This document shows, in pieces, positions 50,860-60,782 of a DNA stretch of 64,000 nucleotides. The DNA is taken from the NCBI GenBank assembly GCA_951813565.1, contig OX638351.1, positions 3,565,506-3,629,505 of the forward strand, read 5' to 3'. Numbering within the stretch: the stretch's first letter is position 1; each line of letters begins with the position of its first letter. The stretch comes from an uncultured Poribacteria bacterium (GTDB lineage: Bacteria > Poribacteria > WGA-4E > WGA-3G). The notes under the pieces were generated by a model that was not told where the DNA came from, did not search any database, and saw only the letters and a program-made list of their open reading frames with translations. The position numbers were made by a program, and so were the translations under genes.

Positions 50860-52098
50860 TTATATTTCTGTAGCAGATGCAAGTTTAAAAATTGACTCTG
50901 CAATTGTATCGCTCGCATAAGGACGACCAAGTTCCTTGCTTGCCACCTTCATTTGTCCATAGATTTTTTCATCTGTAATTATACGAATTAATTCTTTCAC
51001 AAGAATCTCAGGGTTTAATTCTTCCTGCTCAAGAACGACAGCAGCACCTGCATTAGCAACTGTTTCTGCATTGCGAACTTGATTATTACCTACGGCAGCA
51101 GGTAAAGGAATAAAGATTGCCGGAATACCGCAAGCGGTAACTTCAGACACTGTCATTCCGCCTGCCCGACAAATCATCACATCCGCAATACTATATATTT
51201 CTTCAATCGGATCAAAGAACGGTTGAACATGATGTGGTATGCCGTGCTGTGCGTAAGCTGCATGTACTTGTTCCACATCTGTTTTTCCTGTTTGATGTAC
51301 GATTTGGAGTACGAACGTGCTAAAATCATCAAGTTTGACAGGACTTACGCCTTCTGTTTCTGGTAAAAGAGACCCGGCAAATTTTGCTATTAATGGGCTT
51401 GCATCTATCATCGCTTGATTAACTGCACGAGCACCTTGACTACCTCCCATCACAAACACCGTTTTACGATTTGCACATAATTTATATTTTTGGTAGGTTT
51501 CGTCAGCACGCGGATAATCTGTTATGCCAAGACGAATCGGGTTACCTGCTACCTCTACAATATGATTAGGAAATCGTTGGGTATCCGGTGGTAATGCAAG
51601 GTACGCTGCTTTAGCACAACGTGCCAGCATGCTGTTTGTCAAACCAGGAGATACGTTCTGTTCCTGTATCGCTATCGGAATTCTGAGCATCCACGCGGCA
51701 AATAGGACAGGCCCAGACACATATCCGCCTGTTCCAATAACGACGTCTGGCCGGAATTTTCTAAGATATTTCAACGACTGGACAAGCCCTTGAAAGACTT
51801 TTATGAGAACCGGAAACCATTTCCGCGTCAAGCTGCGTGGAAATCCTTCAACGGAAATGGGTAGAAACCGAAAACCCTGTTGTGGAACAAGTGTTGATTC
51901 TAAACGATCTCGTCCACCAATAAAAACAATATCTACCTCTGGATTAAAACGTTGAAGCGCCTGGGCAATACCAATGGCGGGATAGATATGCCCGCCTGTG
52001 CCACCTCCGGCGAGGACGAATCGCTTCTCGTTTTTTCCACGATTAATGTATTCTCTGGCAACGTCTTTCCGATTGTGTCGTATCTTTTGCTTTTTCAC
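50860..52098 (-). CDS. murG: Undecaprenyl-PP-MurNAc-pentapeptide GlcNAc transferase
   Basis: GGGTGGHIYP, GGYVSGP, EQN, GGSQGA, RAGGMTVSE; start codon uncertain. Confidence 0.95.
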   Translation of the reverse strand: MKKQKIRHNRKDVAREYINRGKNEKRFVLAGGGTGGHIYPAIGIAQALQRFNPEVDIVFIGGRDRLESTLVPQQGFRFLPISVEGFPRSLTRKWFPVLIKVFQGLVQSLKYLRKFRPDVVIGTGGYVSGPVLFAAWMLRIPIAIQEQNVSPGLTNSMLARCAKAAYLALPPDTQRFPNHIVEVAGNPIRLGITDYPRADETYQKYKLCANRKTVFVMGGSQGARAVNQAMIDASPLIAKFAGSLLPETEGVSPVKLDDFSTFVLQIVHQTGKTDVEQVHAAYAQHGIPHHVQPFFDPIEEIYSIADVMICRAGGMTVSEVTACGIPAIFIPLPAAVGNNQVRNAETVANAGAAVVLEQEELNPEILVKELIRIITDEKIYGQMKVASKELGRPYASDTIAESIFKLASATEI

Positions 52099-52105
52099 AT
52101 TCAAC

Positions 52106-53305
52106 TTATTCCACTGTTTTTGGAGGTGACCGTGTGGCACTTCGAGAAATGTTCAAAAGCATACCCACACTTACCAAACTGATTACAAGAGATGAACCAC
52201 CATAACTGAGAAAGGGAAGGGTGATACCTTTTGTCGGTAGTACCCCTGTTACAACACCGATATTGATGAATGCTTGTAGTCCGATTATTATCGTAAGTCC
52301 GGTTGCAAACAGCGCGCCGAACCGGTTTTCTGTGCGTCTTGCGATTGAAATGCCACGCCATACAAATATCATTATTATTATTGTAACACTTGCCGTGCCG
52401 ACGAATCCGAACTCTTCACCCAATACTGAAAAGATAAAATCTGTATGTGGATAGGGCAGGTAATTTATTTTCGCTACGCTGTCATCAATTCCAACTCCAA
52501 ATAAGCCGCCCCATTTAAGTGCATCAAGTGAACGTCCCAACTGAAAACTGGTGGCTTCTGGAGATTGCAAGGATGCCCAATAATCGGTTAACCGCGTTAA
52601 TCGGTACGGATCTCTGATAATAAATCCTGTCAATAATGCACCCCCAATTCCTATTAACATAAATGTGTGCGATAAACGAATTCCTCCTATGAACAGGAGG
52701 CTGCCTGCTGTTGCAGCTAATAGGACAGCTGAACCAAAATCTGGTTGTTTGGCAACTAATCCAAACATCAATCCGATAATCAGGATATTTGGTAGAACTC
52801 CATTGAAGAGATTTTTAATACGTTCCGGGTTCCGTGCCAAAAAATGTGCCGTATGAATAATTAAGGCGATCTTTGCAAACTCAACTGGCTGGAATTGAAC
52901 ACCTGCTACGGCGATCCATCGGCTAAACCTACCACCTTCCGCTCCTTGCACACTGGTACCTAACGGTGTAAAAACCAAGATCAGCAGGCCAAAAGCCAGA
53001 AATAGTAGTATGTTACTATACTTCTCATAAAACCGATACGGGATATATGAAGTAATACCCATTCCGACTAAACCTATCACACAAGCAATCGCTTGGATTT
53101 TTAAGTAATGGTAACTGTGTCCATACTGTTTGGCAGACAACACATGCCCAGCACTATAGACCATCAAGATACCAATTCCAACCAAGCAGAGCGTAACAGC
53201 AAGTAAACCGGTGTCTACTCTGCCAAGACCCGTAATTTGAGACTGTTCCTGATCAGATGGAAGAATGGTCGGATTCGCGTAGTTAAGGGTGTTTTGATTT
53301 TGCAT
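52106..53305 (-). CDS. ftsW: SEDS family peptidoglycan polymerase FtsW
   Basis: FQPVEFAK, QPDFGS, LPYPHTDFIFSVLGEEFG, PTKGITLPFLSYGGSS. Confidence 0.95.
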   Translation of the reverse strand: MQNQNTLNYANPTILPSDQEQSQITGLGRVDTGLLAVTLCLVGIGILMVYSAGHVLSAKQYGHSYHYLKIQAIACVIGLVGMGITSYIPYRFYEKYSNILLFLAFGLLILVFTPLGTSVQGAEGGRFSRWIAVAGVQFQPVEFAKIALIIHTAHFLARNPERIKNLFNGVLPNILIIGLMFGLVAKQPDFGSAVLLAATAGSLLFIGGIRLSHTFMLIGIGGALLTGFIIRDPYRLTRLTDYWASLQSPEATSFQLGRSLDALKWGGLFGVGIDDSVAKINYLPYPHTDFIFSVLGEEFGFVGTASVTIIIMIFVWRGISIARRTENRFGALFATGLTIIIGLQAFINIGVVTGVLPTKGITLPFLSYGGSSLVISLVSVGMLLNISRSATRSPPKTVE

Positions 53306-53378
53306 AAGTCGTCAAAAATGTGGGATATACTCATTAAGCAAGTAATTCCCAAATAAACAGTATAATTCGGAAACAGTA

Positions 53379-54887
53379 TTATCTGTCACAGGTAGATTTT
53401 TCTTGATCTGATGATTTATAAGATTTGAGCGAATTTACAGCGTTTTTAAATGCCTCTCCGCGTTCTTTGTAATCCGTGTACATATCAAAACTTGCATTTG
53501 ATGGTGATAAAAGGACGATGTCCCCTGACGTAGCATGTGTATAAGCAAACTCAACTGCCGCTTCCATTGTTGCAGTATGATGCATATCGGCACAACCAGC
53601 GAACGTTTTTTGAATGTTGTGCGTATGTTCTCCGAGCATTACTAAACTTTTAACTTTCGTGCGAACAAGTTCAATAAGTGGCCCATAGTCGTTTCCTTTA
53701 TCAAATCCACCTATGATTAAAAAAACTCGTTTGGGGTCTTTGCCATGTTCGGCCGTTTTTTCCACTGATTCAAGGGCAGCACATGTTGCTAGGACGTTTG
53801 TAGCCTTAGAATCGTTTACATAATCTACACCGTTGACAACACTCACCTTTTCAAAAGCGTGTTCAAAAGCAGGATGTATCCGATTAAATTTGAGAATAGC
53901 CTTACACATATCCGCAGGCGTTACGTCGAAGATAGTTCCAACAACTACAGCTGCAAGCACGTTGCGGATATTATGTGCCCCTGCTAACGGTATATCTGTC
54001 GTATTACAAATCCAATGTTCTTGATTGTTTTTATAGGTATAAATACCAATGTTGTTTGCGTTGTTTTGTAATCTTGCTCCTGCTCCGTTGTCTAATTTAC
54101 GGGACAACACTTCCGAGTTCTCATCTTTATTAGAAAGATTATCTGTAAAAAATGCTTTTTTTGCTGCGGTGGCATGCGCGAAACACTTAGCAGTCGCGTC
54201 GTCGGCATTTAGCACTATCCATTCCGAATTCGTCTGGTTTACACATATTTTTAGTTTCGCATTTAAATACGATTCCATCGTGCCGTGGCGATCAAGATGG
54301 TCACGAGAAAAATTCAGCATTACACTAACTACTGGCTGAAAAGTAAAGGTGCTCTCCAATTGGAAACTACTTGCCTCTACCACTGCAACATCCTTACGGG
54401 TTAATGTTGCTACATTACTTGCTAACGGAACACCGATGTTTCCTGCCACGACCACATCAGAAAAAAGGTTACTTGCTTCTAAAATTGCCGCAGTCAAAAG
54501 CGTTGTTGTTGACTTGCCTTTTGTGCCTGTAATTGCTACGATGCGTCCATCACATAGACTTGCCGAAACTTCTAATTCACCTAAAATTGGAATGCTTCTG
54601 TTTTTCGCCTCAACTAATATAGGAATGTCCAAGGGTACCCCAGGTGAAACAACAACTAATTCCGTATTAGCAATACAGGATTCTTCATGTCCGCCAAGGT
54701 AAAACTGAATCTGCATCCCATCTAATTGCGAGATTTCGGCAGACAAAACGTCTGCATCGCGTGTATCTGTAAGAGAGATGCTTGCACCGAGATCATAAAG
54801 TAACTTTGCAATTGCGATACCACTTCGATTTGCGCCAAAAATGGTGATCCGTTTGCCAGAAAAGCGGTTCAAATTCGAACGTTTCAA
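53379..54887 (-). CDS. murD: UDP-N-acetylmuramoyl-L-alanine--D-glutamate ligase
   Basis: VVSPGVP, AITGTKGKSTT, EASSFQL, DHLDRH, NDSKATN, LLSP..ASFD. Confidence 0.93.
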   Translation of the reverse strand: MKRSNLNRFSGKRITIFGANRSGIAIAKLLYDLGASISLTDTRDADVLSAEISQLDGMQIQFYLGGHEESCIANTELVVVSPGVPLDIPILVEAKNRSIPILGELEVSASLCDGRIVAITGTKGKSTTTLLTAAILEASNLFSDVVVAGNIGVPLASNVATLTRKDVAVVEASSFQLESTFTFQPVVSVMLNFSRDHLDRHGTMESYLNAKLKICVNQTNSEWIVLNADDATAKCFAHATAAKKAFFTDNLSNKDENSEVLSRKLDNGAGARLQNNANNIGIYTYKNNQEHWICNTTDIPLAGAHNIRNVLAAVVVGTIFDVTPADMCKAILKFNRIHPAFEHAFEKVSVVNGVDYVNDSKATNVLATCAALESVEKTAEHGKDPKRVFLIIGGFDKGNDYGPLIELVRTKVKSLVMLGEHTHNIQKTFAGCADMHHTATMEAAVEFAYTHATSGDIVLLSPSNASFDMYTDYKERGEAFKNAVNSLKSYKSSDQEKSTCDR

Positions 54888-54943
54888 ACATTTACCTCAA
54901 CCGAAGGATTTAAAGATCAGGACATTTTGCGCGGCAGACACAC

Positions 54944-56062
54944 CTATCCCAGTCTTAGCGTACTTAATGCTATTAACATTAAAATAAGCGCAACAATCCA
55001 AAAACGTATAACTACTTTCGATTCTTTCCAACCGGAAAGTAGGAAATGATAATGGAGGGGCGACATCTTGATAACCCGTTTTCCAAAAGTTCTATATGAC
55101 CAAACTTGTACAATGACAGACAATGTTTCTGCCACAAAAATACCGCCAACAATGATAAGGAGAAATTCCTGTTTTATTAACAGGGCACAAGTTCCAAGCG
55201 TTGCACCAAGCGGCAAAGAACCGGTATCTCCCATAAACAGTTGGGCAGGATGCCCATTGTACCATAAAAAACCCAATCCTGCTCCTACTAACGATGCACA
55301 GAAAATCGCTGTAACTTCTCCACCGACTGGGAGGTGAAAAAGGTTAAGATGTTCCGCTATGACAGTATGGCTTGTCATATACCCCAGTGCTCCAATAGTA
55401 CCTGCTACGAATAGCGTACAACCGATTGCTAAGCCGTCCATACCGTCCGTTAGATTCACAGCATTTGAAGTGCCGACAAGTACTAAAGTTGCAAAAGGAA
55501 TAAAGAAAATTCCCAAATTGGGTTGTACGTTTTTGAAAAATGGAAGATTTAGGGCAGTACGGGTTGTCGTATCATTTGCTTCAATAGGTCCCCATTGGTA
55601 AAGATAACATGCAATCGCCAAGGCACCGACAGTTTGCAGCACAATTTTCTGCCAACCTCGAAGACCAAGTGACTGTTTTTTGCTAATTTTACACATATCA
55701 TCTAAAAAACCGAGCCCCCCAAACCAGAGTGTCGTGAAGATCATTAGATAAATATAGGGTTGATCAAACTTCGCCCAAAAAACAATGGATATAAGTACCG
55801 CAACGATAATAAGGATACCACCCATTGTTGGGGTGCCTGCTTTGCTTTGATCTTCATTATGCTGCTGCGCTTTTTCTACCTCTTCTTGAATATGTTCACC
55901 TATTCGCAACTGCTTCAACCGCTTTATCATAAACGGTCCTAAAACAAGTGAAATGGCGAGGGCTGTAGCTGTTGCATAGACTGCACGAAAACTAATTGAA
56001 CTAAAAATACTGAAGGGCTGAAATATGCTAACAAGATTTTCAAAAAACAGATGATAAAACAT
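54944..56062 (-). CDS. mraY: Phospho-N-acetylmuramoyl-pentapeptide transferase
   Basis: KAGTPTMGG, GFLDD, NAVNLTDGMDGLA, FMGDTGS. Confidence 0.95.
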   Translation of the reverse strand: MFYHLFFENLVSIFQPFSIFSSISFRAVYATATALAISLVLGPFMIKRLKQLRIGEHIQEEVEKAQQHNEDQSKAGTPTMGGILIIVAVLISIVFWAKFDQPYIYLMIFTTLWFGGLGFLDDMCKISKKQSLGLRGWQKIVLQTVGALAIACYLYQWGPIEANDTTTRTALNLPFFKNVQPNLGIFFIPFATLVLVGTSNAVNLTDGMDGLAIGCTLFVAGTIGALGYMTSHTVIAEHLNLFHLPVGGEVTAIFCASLVGAGLGFLWYNGHPAQLFMGDTGSLPLGATLGTCALLIKQEFLLIIVGGIFVAETLSVIVQVWSYRTFGKRVIKMSPLHYHFLLSGWKESKVVIRFWIVALILMLIALSTLRLG

Positions 56063-56199
56063 TTTCTATGCTTCTTTGCTATATTCCGTAGGATGGTGCA
56101 TGTTATTGCTGAGCTGTAATCAAAAACCTGAATAAATGATATGGGAATAGTTGAATGCTGCTATTGTGACCACCCAATTATAAAAAGTATCAAGCAAAC

Positions 56200-57414
56200 T
56201 TACCCAGTTTCCTCTGATTCTAAATTGTCGGTTTTCAATTTTGCAAAACTTGCCCCTGCTTGACTTAACAAATTTGTTGAATAAGAATAGATTAAGCGAT
56301 TTTTCTCATGGTGCGTTTCTAATGCAAGGTCAACCAATTGCGACACTAATTCTGGGAATGGAATTCCGGCCGGTTCCCATAAGTAGAAACTGAAAGAACC
56401 AGGGATAGTGTTGATCTCATTCACGTATACCTGCTCTTCATCACTCACCAAGAAATCTATTCGGGCAATCCCCGCACAGTCAAGCACTTGAAAAGCCAAG
56501 GTAGCAAGGTTTTGAATATGTAACGTCAATTCTTCTGGAATGGGTGCAGGAATTTCACGCTGTGCTCCCGCCATACCAGAGGAGACATCAGGAGCATCTT
56601 CACTTTCCGAATTTTGATGGATATATTTATCGTCAAAACTGAGGAAATCCGTACTGGCGATCGGTTGTTCGCAGACCGAGGGGGTCGGCGTATGTGTTCC
56701 CATCACCGAGCAATTTATTTCAAAACCGTTTTCAATACCCTGCTCAACGACGATACGTCGGTAATACCGGCATGCAAGTTCAATCGCATCCCGAAGTTCG
56801 TCCTCATCTCTCGCTTGACTGACACCGATACTTGACCCACTCACTGCCGGTTTAACGTATACTGGAAAGGACATCTTTTCCTTAATTATTGCAAGAACGT
56901 CGTTGCTTGCTGAATCCCAATTGTGTTTCGTGAACGGAACGTAAGGCAGGATCGGAAGCTCATTCTCACTGAGAACTGCTTTCATCATGATTTTGTCCAT
57001 GCCGACACCAGAGCCGACAACACTCGCGCCAACGTAAGGTATATCCATCAGCTCAAGAAACCCTTGAAGAGAACCATCTTCGCCATGTACACCGTGAATT
57101 GCGGGAAACACGACATCAATAGGAAGTTCCTTCTTTTTGCTGAACAAACCGCTACGTTTTGGTAGAACACTAAATTTTGCATGTGTTTCAAATTCAACGC
57201 TAACTGTGTCAAAATCAGATGTACGCGGTAAATTTCCTTCGGTGAATGTGTTCAGTTCCTTGAGTTTATCGCCTGTTAACCATGCGCCCTCTTTTGTTAT
57301 ATAAATTGGGATAACTTCGTGCGTTTCTGCTAATGCAGCGTTAACCTGATGTGCAGTAACGATGGATACTTCGTGTTCAGGCGATCTACCACCGAATATC
57401 AAAGCTACGTTCAT
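56200..57414 (-). CDS. ddl: D-alanine--D-alanine ligase
   Basis: FGGRSPEHEVS, HGVHGEDG, MDK, GSSIGV, ARIDF, NEINTIPGS; ATG 57414 or 57420. Confidence 0.92.
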   Translation of the reverse strand: MNVALIFGGRSPEHEVSIVTAHQVNAALAETHEVIPIYITKEGAWLTGDKLKELNTFTEGNLPRTSDFDTVSVEFETHAKFSVLPKRSGLFSKKKELPIDVVFPAIHGVHGEDGSLQGFLELMDIPYVGASVVGSGVGMDKIMMKAVLSENELPILPYVPFTKHNWDSASNDVLAIIKEKMSFPVYVKPAVSGSSIGVSQARDEDELRDAIELACRYYRRIVVEQGIENGFEINCSVMGTHTPTPSVCEQPIASTDFLSFDDKYIHQNSESEDAPDVSSGMAGAQREIPAPIPEELTLHIQNLATLAFQVLDCAGIARIDFLVSDEEQVYVNEINTIPGSFSFYLWEPAGIPFPELVSQLVDLALETHHEKNRLIYSYSTNLLSQAGASFAKLKTDNLESEETG

Positions 57415-57561
57415 GTTCATTTCCTTGTAAAGAGCATAAATTGACACCCGCTCTAAGGCAAAGGTGTTATTTATGTTATAATGTTGAAAATCCAATATCC
57501 TTATTACTATTACAATTTGTCAAAAAATTTACGACAAGATGCTGACCTTTATTCAGGTGTG

Positions 57562-59211
57562 TTAGAAAACTTCATTATAATTGTCTGGTAAATCATTCTC
57601 AAAAAGGACTACATCACCCGGTTTCAAATGTTTTGCAAGTTGTTGCTGTGCTTCAGCGAGGTCCTTCGCAACATAAACCTGTTGTTCAGGATAGTTTGCG
57701 GTTTTGAGTCCATCTAAAATCGGAGCAGTTCTTGCCGGACCAACAAGGATAACGAAGTCACATACCTTAGCTGCTTCCGAGCCGAACTGCATGTTTTCAT
57801 CGTATTCGCGTTCGCCAAGTTCCACCATACCTGGCGTAACTAAAACCTTTTTCCCATCTTTATCGCTTACAAAATCAGTGAGCACCTCAAGTGCCGCTTT
57901 CGCCCCTTCAGGATTTGCGTTGAAACTGTCGTCAATTACAGTTACACCGGAGCCTCCAGCTATCAGCTGCAAACGGTGTGGAACTGGTTCTAATGCTTCA
58001 AGTGCTTCTCGAATTTCGTTCAATGTCATCCCACATTGCAGTGAGACACCAATAGCAGCGAGGATATTTGAGACATTATGCTTTCCAAGGAGTCGGGTTG
58101 TGATTTCGGTTGTGCCCGCCACCTCGTCAATTACAGCAAAAGTCAGTCCTCTATCACTCTGTTTAATATTGTGTGCTCTCAACCTCAAAGATGATGTATT
58201 CTCAACTCCATTTGATTCTACACCGTATCGTATAACAGGGACACTATCGGTTTTGTCTGCCAACGCTGCACAAATTTCATTGTCCGTATTAATAACTGCA
58301 AGACCATTCGGAGGTAACGCTTCGATTAACTCATACTTTGCGCGGGCAGTATTTTCAATACTTTTGAACCGTTCTAAATGTTGGGGACCCACAGCAGTGA
58401 GTATCCCTACTTCCGGTGGCGCAAGATGACATAGTTCGCGAATATCGCCACGTTTATACGCGCCCATTTCAACGATAAAATATTCATGTTTCGGCAATAA
58501 ATCTCCTCTGATGACCTTACAAATACCCATCGGCGTATTATAACTATCTGGAGTCATTAACGTGTTATATTTTTTTGATAAAATCTGATGGAGAATATAT
58601 TTGGTGCTTGTTTTTCCGTAGCTTCCAGTAATTCCGATGATTTTTGGCTGAAGGGTTTTGATACGTTTCCGTGCGTCGCGTAAATAGACTCCGTTTATTA
58701 ATTGCTCTAATGGCCAAATTAAAAAACTGCTCACTATAAGAATAGGTACCGTGAGTTCACTAAACAGAAATAGGCTTATACGCCATCGGTTTTCTCCTAC
58801 AGAAAACACGAGTACTGCCGCAAGGACAGCAAGTAATGCAAGTGCCAATCCAAAAAGTCGTTTTGCGCGGGCAGTATAAACAAGTGGTTTTTTTGCTGCA
58901 GACTTCTTACGCCATACAATCTTATAAACTTGGAACGCTATCCAGATTGAACAAGCAGCGAGAAAAAACCAATTGGTCTGAATATTAGAAAAAACAGACG
59001 CAATCGTTAGGAAACCCACGATCACAACTACCTCTATGATTTCAAAGCAGTTTTTAATGTGTGTCAAAACCCATTTCAGGTAACGTCCGGGTTTATAACC
59101 ATCAAGTTGTAGTATATGTAGTCCGCGGCTTGTCCGAATAACAGCTCTAATAAAACAAGCGACAATAAGAATATAAAAAAGGACTATGCTAACCATTTCT
59201 AACATGTTCAT
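57562..59211 (-). CDS. murF: MurF-type ligase with an N-terminal multi-TM extension
   Basis: About 170-aa hydrophobic N-terminus (LQLDGY, KPLVYTARAKR); GITGSYGKTSTK, VEMGA, DDSFNANP, C-terminal ENDLPD. Confidence 0.85.
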   Translation of the reverse strand: MNMLEMVSIVLFYILIVACFIRAVIRTSRGLHILQLDGYKPGRYLKWVLTHIKNCFEIIEVVVIVGFLTIASVFSNIQTNWFFLAACSIWIAFQVYKIVWRKKSAAKKPLVYTARAKRLFGLALALLAVLAAVLVFSVGENRWRISLFLFSELTVPILIVSSFLIWPLEQLINGVYLRDARKRIKTLQPKIIGITGSYGKTSTKYILHQILSKKYNTLMTPDSYNTPMGICKVIRGDLLPKHEYFIVEMGAYKRGDIRELCHLAPPEVGILTAVGPQHLERFKSIENTARAKYELIEALPPNGLAVINTDNEICAALADKTDSVPVIRYGVESNGVENTSSLRLRAHNIKQSDRGLTFAVIDEVAGTTEITTRLLGKHNVSNILAAIGVSLQCGMTLNEIREALEALEPVPHRLQLIAGGSGVTVIDDSFNANPEGAKAALEVLTDFVSDKDGKKVLVTPGMVELGEREYDENMQFGSEAAKVCDFVILVGPARTAPILDGLKTANYPEQQVYVAKDLAEAQQQLAKHLKPGDVVLFENDLPDNYNEVF

Positions 59212-59428
59212 AATCTCTCATAAATCATTTATTTATACAGCGGATAGTAAATAGCAAAAACGCAATGAATCTTGCTGCTACGAAATACTTTTAGCAGCGA
59301 CATTATTCATTGCGCCATCACATGCAATTTAGATTGAACAACTACGGGTGTGTAAATATTTGGTTACATAGGTTCAATTTGCAATGATTACGCGGCGTTT
59401 TCCACTGTAGAGCGGGGTCCCTGTGCCT

Positions 59429-59699
59429 CATAGCCGTCAATTTAAGGATATACCCTCTTGTGGGAGTGAATCAACGCAGCATGCGCGTCCGGCATGCTGC
59501 CAAATCAACGCCAAATGCGCTTTTTGGCATTTGTCCAAATCAACGCAGCATGCGCGTCCGGCATGCTGCCAAATCAACGCCAAATGCGCTTTTTGGCATT
59601 TGTCGGGTTTTCAACCCCGATAAATACATATAAATCGGGCTTATAAAGCCCTCCCACAAGAGGCAATCTGGTAATTGTGTGCTTAAATTGACGCCTATG
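59429..59699. mobile_element. REP-targeting MITE with a long target duplication
   Basis: 18-bp TIR catagccgtcaatttaag / cttaaattgacgcctatg (1 mismatch); gcggggtccctgtgcc duplicated at 59412-59427 and 59701-59716. Confidence 0.8.
59467..59604. repeat. Tandem 2 x 69-bp repeat built from four AATCAAC+hairpin units
   Basis: aatcaacgcagcatgcgcgtccggcatgctgccaaatcaacgccaaatgcgctttttggcatttgtc at 59469 and 59538. Confidence 0.9.
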
Positions 59700-60017
59700 G
59701 GCGGGGTCCCTGTGCCCCGCCACTACGCAGGACGTGCCATGCAACGGGCAGGCACCAAATCAAGAAATCAACGGTATGAACCATGGCGAATGCCATACGG
59801 GGAATGCCAGCAGGCATTCATACCGTTGATTTGGCGCATTCGTCTTTAGTCATTCACCGGGTCCGAATGCCTTTTGGCATTCCCCGGAGACCCGCCCCTA
59901 CAATAGGAGTTGTGCGGATTTCTACAAAAACTTTACACACCCAACAACTACAGAATCTGATATTCCGTTCTCAGTCAGATTATTTTTTTGGCAAAACTTG
60001 CCATCGGTTCCAGTTGT

Positions 60018-60764
60018 TCATGCTAAAAAGTTACCCACAATTTCACAAAACTGCGGCAATTGGTCAAGGTATGAGAAATGTCCAGCATCCTTGAGAATCA
60101 CTAGTCCAGCGTCAGGTATCTCTTCCTCCATTATTCTCCCATACGATATAGGTGTATCTGTATCGTTCTCTCCCCAGATCAATAGCGTAGAAGCCTGAAT
60201 CTTCGGTAATAGTGGACGCAAATTTTGATTTACGGATTTCACCATCGTTGCCCTCATCGGCCCTGCTTCCCTATAATCTTTTGAACCTACCCGCTGCGCT
60301 ATACCGTCTGCCAGTCTGTCACCGAGTGTTCCACAATGTCGCATCAAATGTCCGATCTTCGCGAGACTAATCCGCATATAGTATTTCGCAGTTCGGGGTG
60401 GGATAATGCCAGCACTATCCACTAAAATCAGTTTATCTACCTTTTCCGGTTCTTCGGCTGCCATTACTATAGAGATTCTTCCTCCATAAGAGTGTCCAAT
60501 CAGGTGTGCTTTGTTAATGTTGCGTTCGTAAAAAAAAGCAGAGACAAATTTAGCGTAATCTGAGGCATCCCACGCAGTCGGTGGTATCTCGCTTAGCCCG
60601 AATCCTGGAAGATCAAGTGCATAGACTTGGTGAGAACGTGATAGCTTATCAAAGACAGGTCTAAAACTATTTGCTTCACCACCCCATCCGTGTAGGAGAA
60701 CAACGGGAGTGCCGGTTCCTTCAACCTGATAGGCAATTTTTAGATTATCTATTTCTGTGAACAT
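60018..60764 (-). CDS. Alpha/beta fold hydrolase
   Basis: LLHGWGG, DLPGFG, GHSYGG nucleophile elbow, WGENDTDTP, AGHFSY. Confidence 0.9.
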   Translation of the reverse strand: MFTEIDNLKIAYQVEGTGTPVVLLHGWGGEANSFRPVFDKLSRSHQVYALDLPGFGLSEIPPTAWDASDYAKFVSAFFYERNINKAHLIGHSYGGRISIVMAAEEPEKVDKLILVDSAGIIPPRTAKYYMRISLAKIGHLMRHCGTLGDRLADGIAQRVGSKDYREAGPMRATMVKSVNQNLRPLLPKIQASTLLIWGENDTDTPISYGRIMEEEIPDAGLVILKDAGHFSYLDQLPQFCEIVGNFLA

Positions 60765-60782
60765 TTCAATTCGTGAATTCGT

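Larger units (their letters stand above)
59346..59942. mobile_element. IS256-type MITE with 9-bp TSD containing nested elements
   Basis: TIR gggtgtgtaaa / tttacacaccc; TSD aacaactac (59337-59345, 59943-59951). Confidence 0.8.

Noticed and set aside
56200..57414. Van-type D-Ala-D-Lac ligase or resistance cluster
   Set aside because: The omega loop retains KY as in D-Ala-D-Ala ligases, and there are no vanH, vanX or vanRS genes.
57704..58429. 241-aa plus-strand ORF
   Set aside because: Antisense shadow of murF.
59467..59604. CRISPR-like or guide-RNA array
   Set aside because: Only two alternating hairpins are duplicated, they sit inside MITEs, and there is no adjacent effector gene. Treated as a mobile repeat instead.
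59423..60094. ORFs 59423..59623 and 59783..60094
   Set aside because: They are translations of non-coding repeats; the peptide repeat simply mirrors the 69-bp duplication.
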